Assembly: GCF_002113885.1 (NCBI RefSeq)
Contig: NW_018406583.1
Coordinates: 155,355 to 219,354 of the forward strand
Length of the DNA stretch: 64,000 nucleotides
Source: Mizuhopecten yessoensis
Taxonomy: Eukaryota
Reading direction: 5' to 3'
A program made the translations under genes and the position numbers. Below, in pieces: positions 63,227 through 64,000 of the stretch (positions are counted from its first letter, which is position 1; every line of letters begins with the position of its first letter). Under the pieces are notes generated by a model. It ran no database searches, was not told the origin of the DNA, and saw only the letters and a program-made list of their open reading frames with translations.

Positions 63227-63317
63227 TTAACTCATTCACCCCTACATATCTAAACTGGACTTGCCCAGTCTTTGATTTGGTAAGGTTCAAATGGGACTTT
63301 AGGGGTGAATGGGTTAA
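63227..63317 (+). mobile_element. 91-bp hairpin MITE, subfamily C
   Basis: TTAA flanks, 91 bp, ggacttgcccagtc core. Confidence 0.9.
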
Positions 63318-64000
63318 ACCTTTATGGGGATGCGACGACATAGCATTCCCTCAGTAATCAGGGGGGTGTAAGTGGACCCTTAGATTTGTTATGATGTATG
63401 TCCGGATGCCGATATAAACATTGGCTTGGTAATGATTCCCCTGTCCTCTGGTGGCTATCTATTCAAGGAGGTGTCACTCTGGTGTTACAGCGTCTCCGGT
63501 ACAGTCTTCGGGGGTCATTATGTCAAAGGAGAATTTCAATACTCATTACCTAAATGATAATACGGTCAATGCTCTGAGCTTGGTGTATGATAGCCTCAAA
63601 TTCATTCCAGCATTGGTGTTTATGTGCTCACACAGAAGTAGGTTTGATCTGGTTGTCTGGGCTACTTAGCAGACAATTTAGCACTAATGCTATATAGATG
63701 ATGTCAAGCAGCACGACTTTGCTTACAAAGCTAATATTATTCTTCACTTCTTTTCTGTTCATGTCAATAACTTATCATCGGGAAGTGAGAAACCTTCCCA
63801 GAGTCATTAGCCATCAATGACAGCATTTGTTTTATAAGAATATTTCGCAGAGACAAGTCTTGGTGCACAGATTGTTTGTATATAGAACAAGGGTCGATGG
63901 TAACGTCTCCATTCTTTTGATGTGGTTTCAATAGTTTCTTGTCTTTAGCCTTAAGATAGAGCTGTTACAAAGCTGTTATCACCAATAATCATGGCGGATA

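Overview
AT-rich, repeat-dense eukaryotic DNA. It is most likely from a bivalve mollusc; this is an inference from the SINE/MITE types and the receptor sequence. The only protein-coding sequence I can support is two minus-strand exons of 5-HT2-type serotonin receptors (class A aminergic GPCR): an N-terminus/TM1-TM2 exon (1239..927, phase-1 GT donor) and a TM3-TM7/C-terminal exon (52095..50807, phase-1 AG acceptor). The two exons join perfectly in frame, but they lie in the wrong transcriptional order. This points to two head-to-tail 5-HT2 paralogues, each cut by a window edge, or to a scaffold mis-order. The TM7 carries an unusual Trp at 7.43. The rest of the window holds about 20 unrelated minisatellite/satellite arrays (roughly a fifth of the window), tRNA-derived V-domain-like SINEs, about 18 copies of a constant-length 91-bp TTAA-flanked hairpin MITE in three subfamilies, Kolobok-like TTAA elements (one family carrying a tRNA-like Pol III cassette), nested insertions, a satellite block flanked by a 436-bp near-perfect direct repeat, and a 79-N assembly gap. 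Most other ORFs in the track are repeat artefacts or have no recognisable homology. There is no CRISPR array, rRNA or prokaryotic feature.
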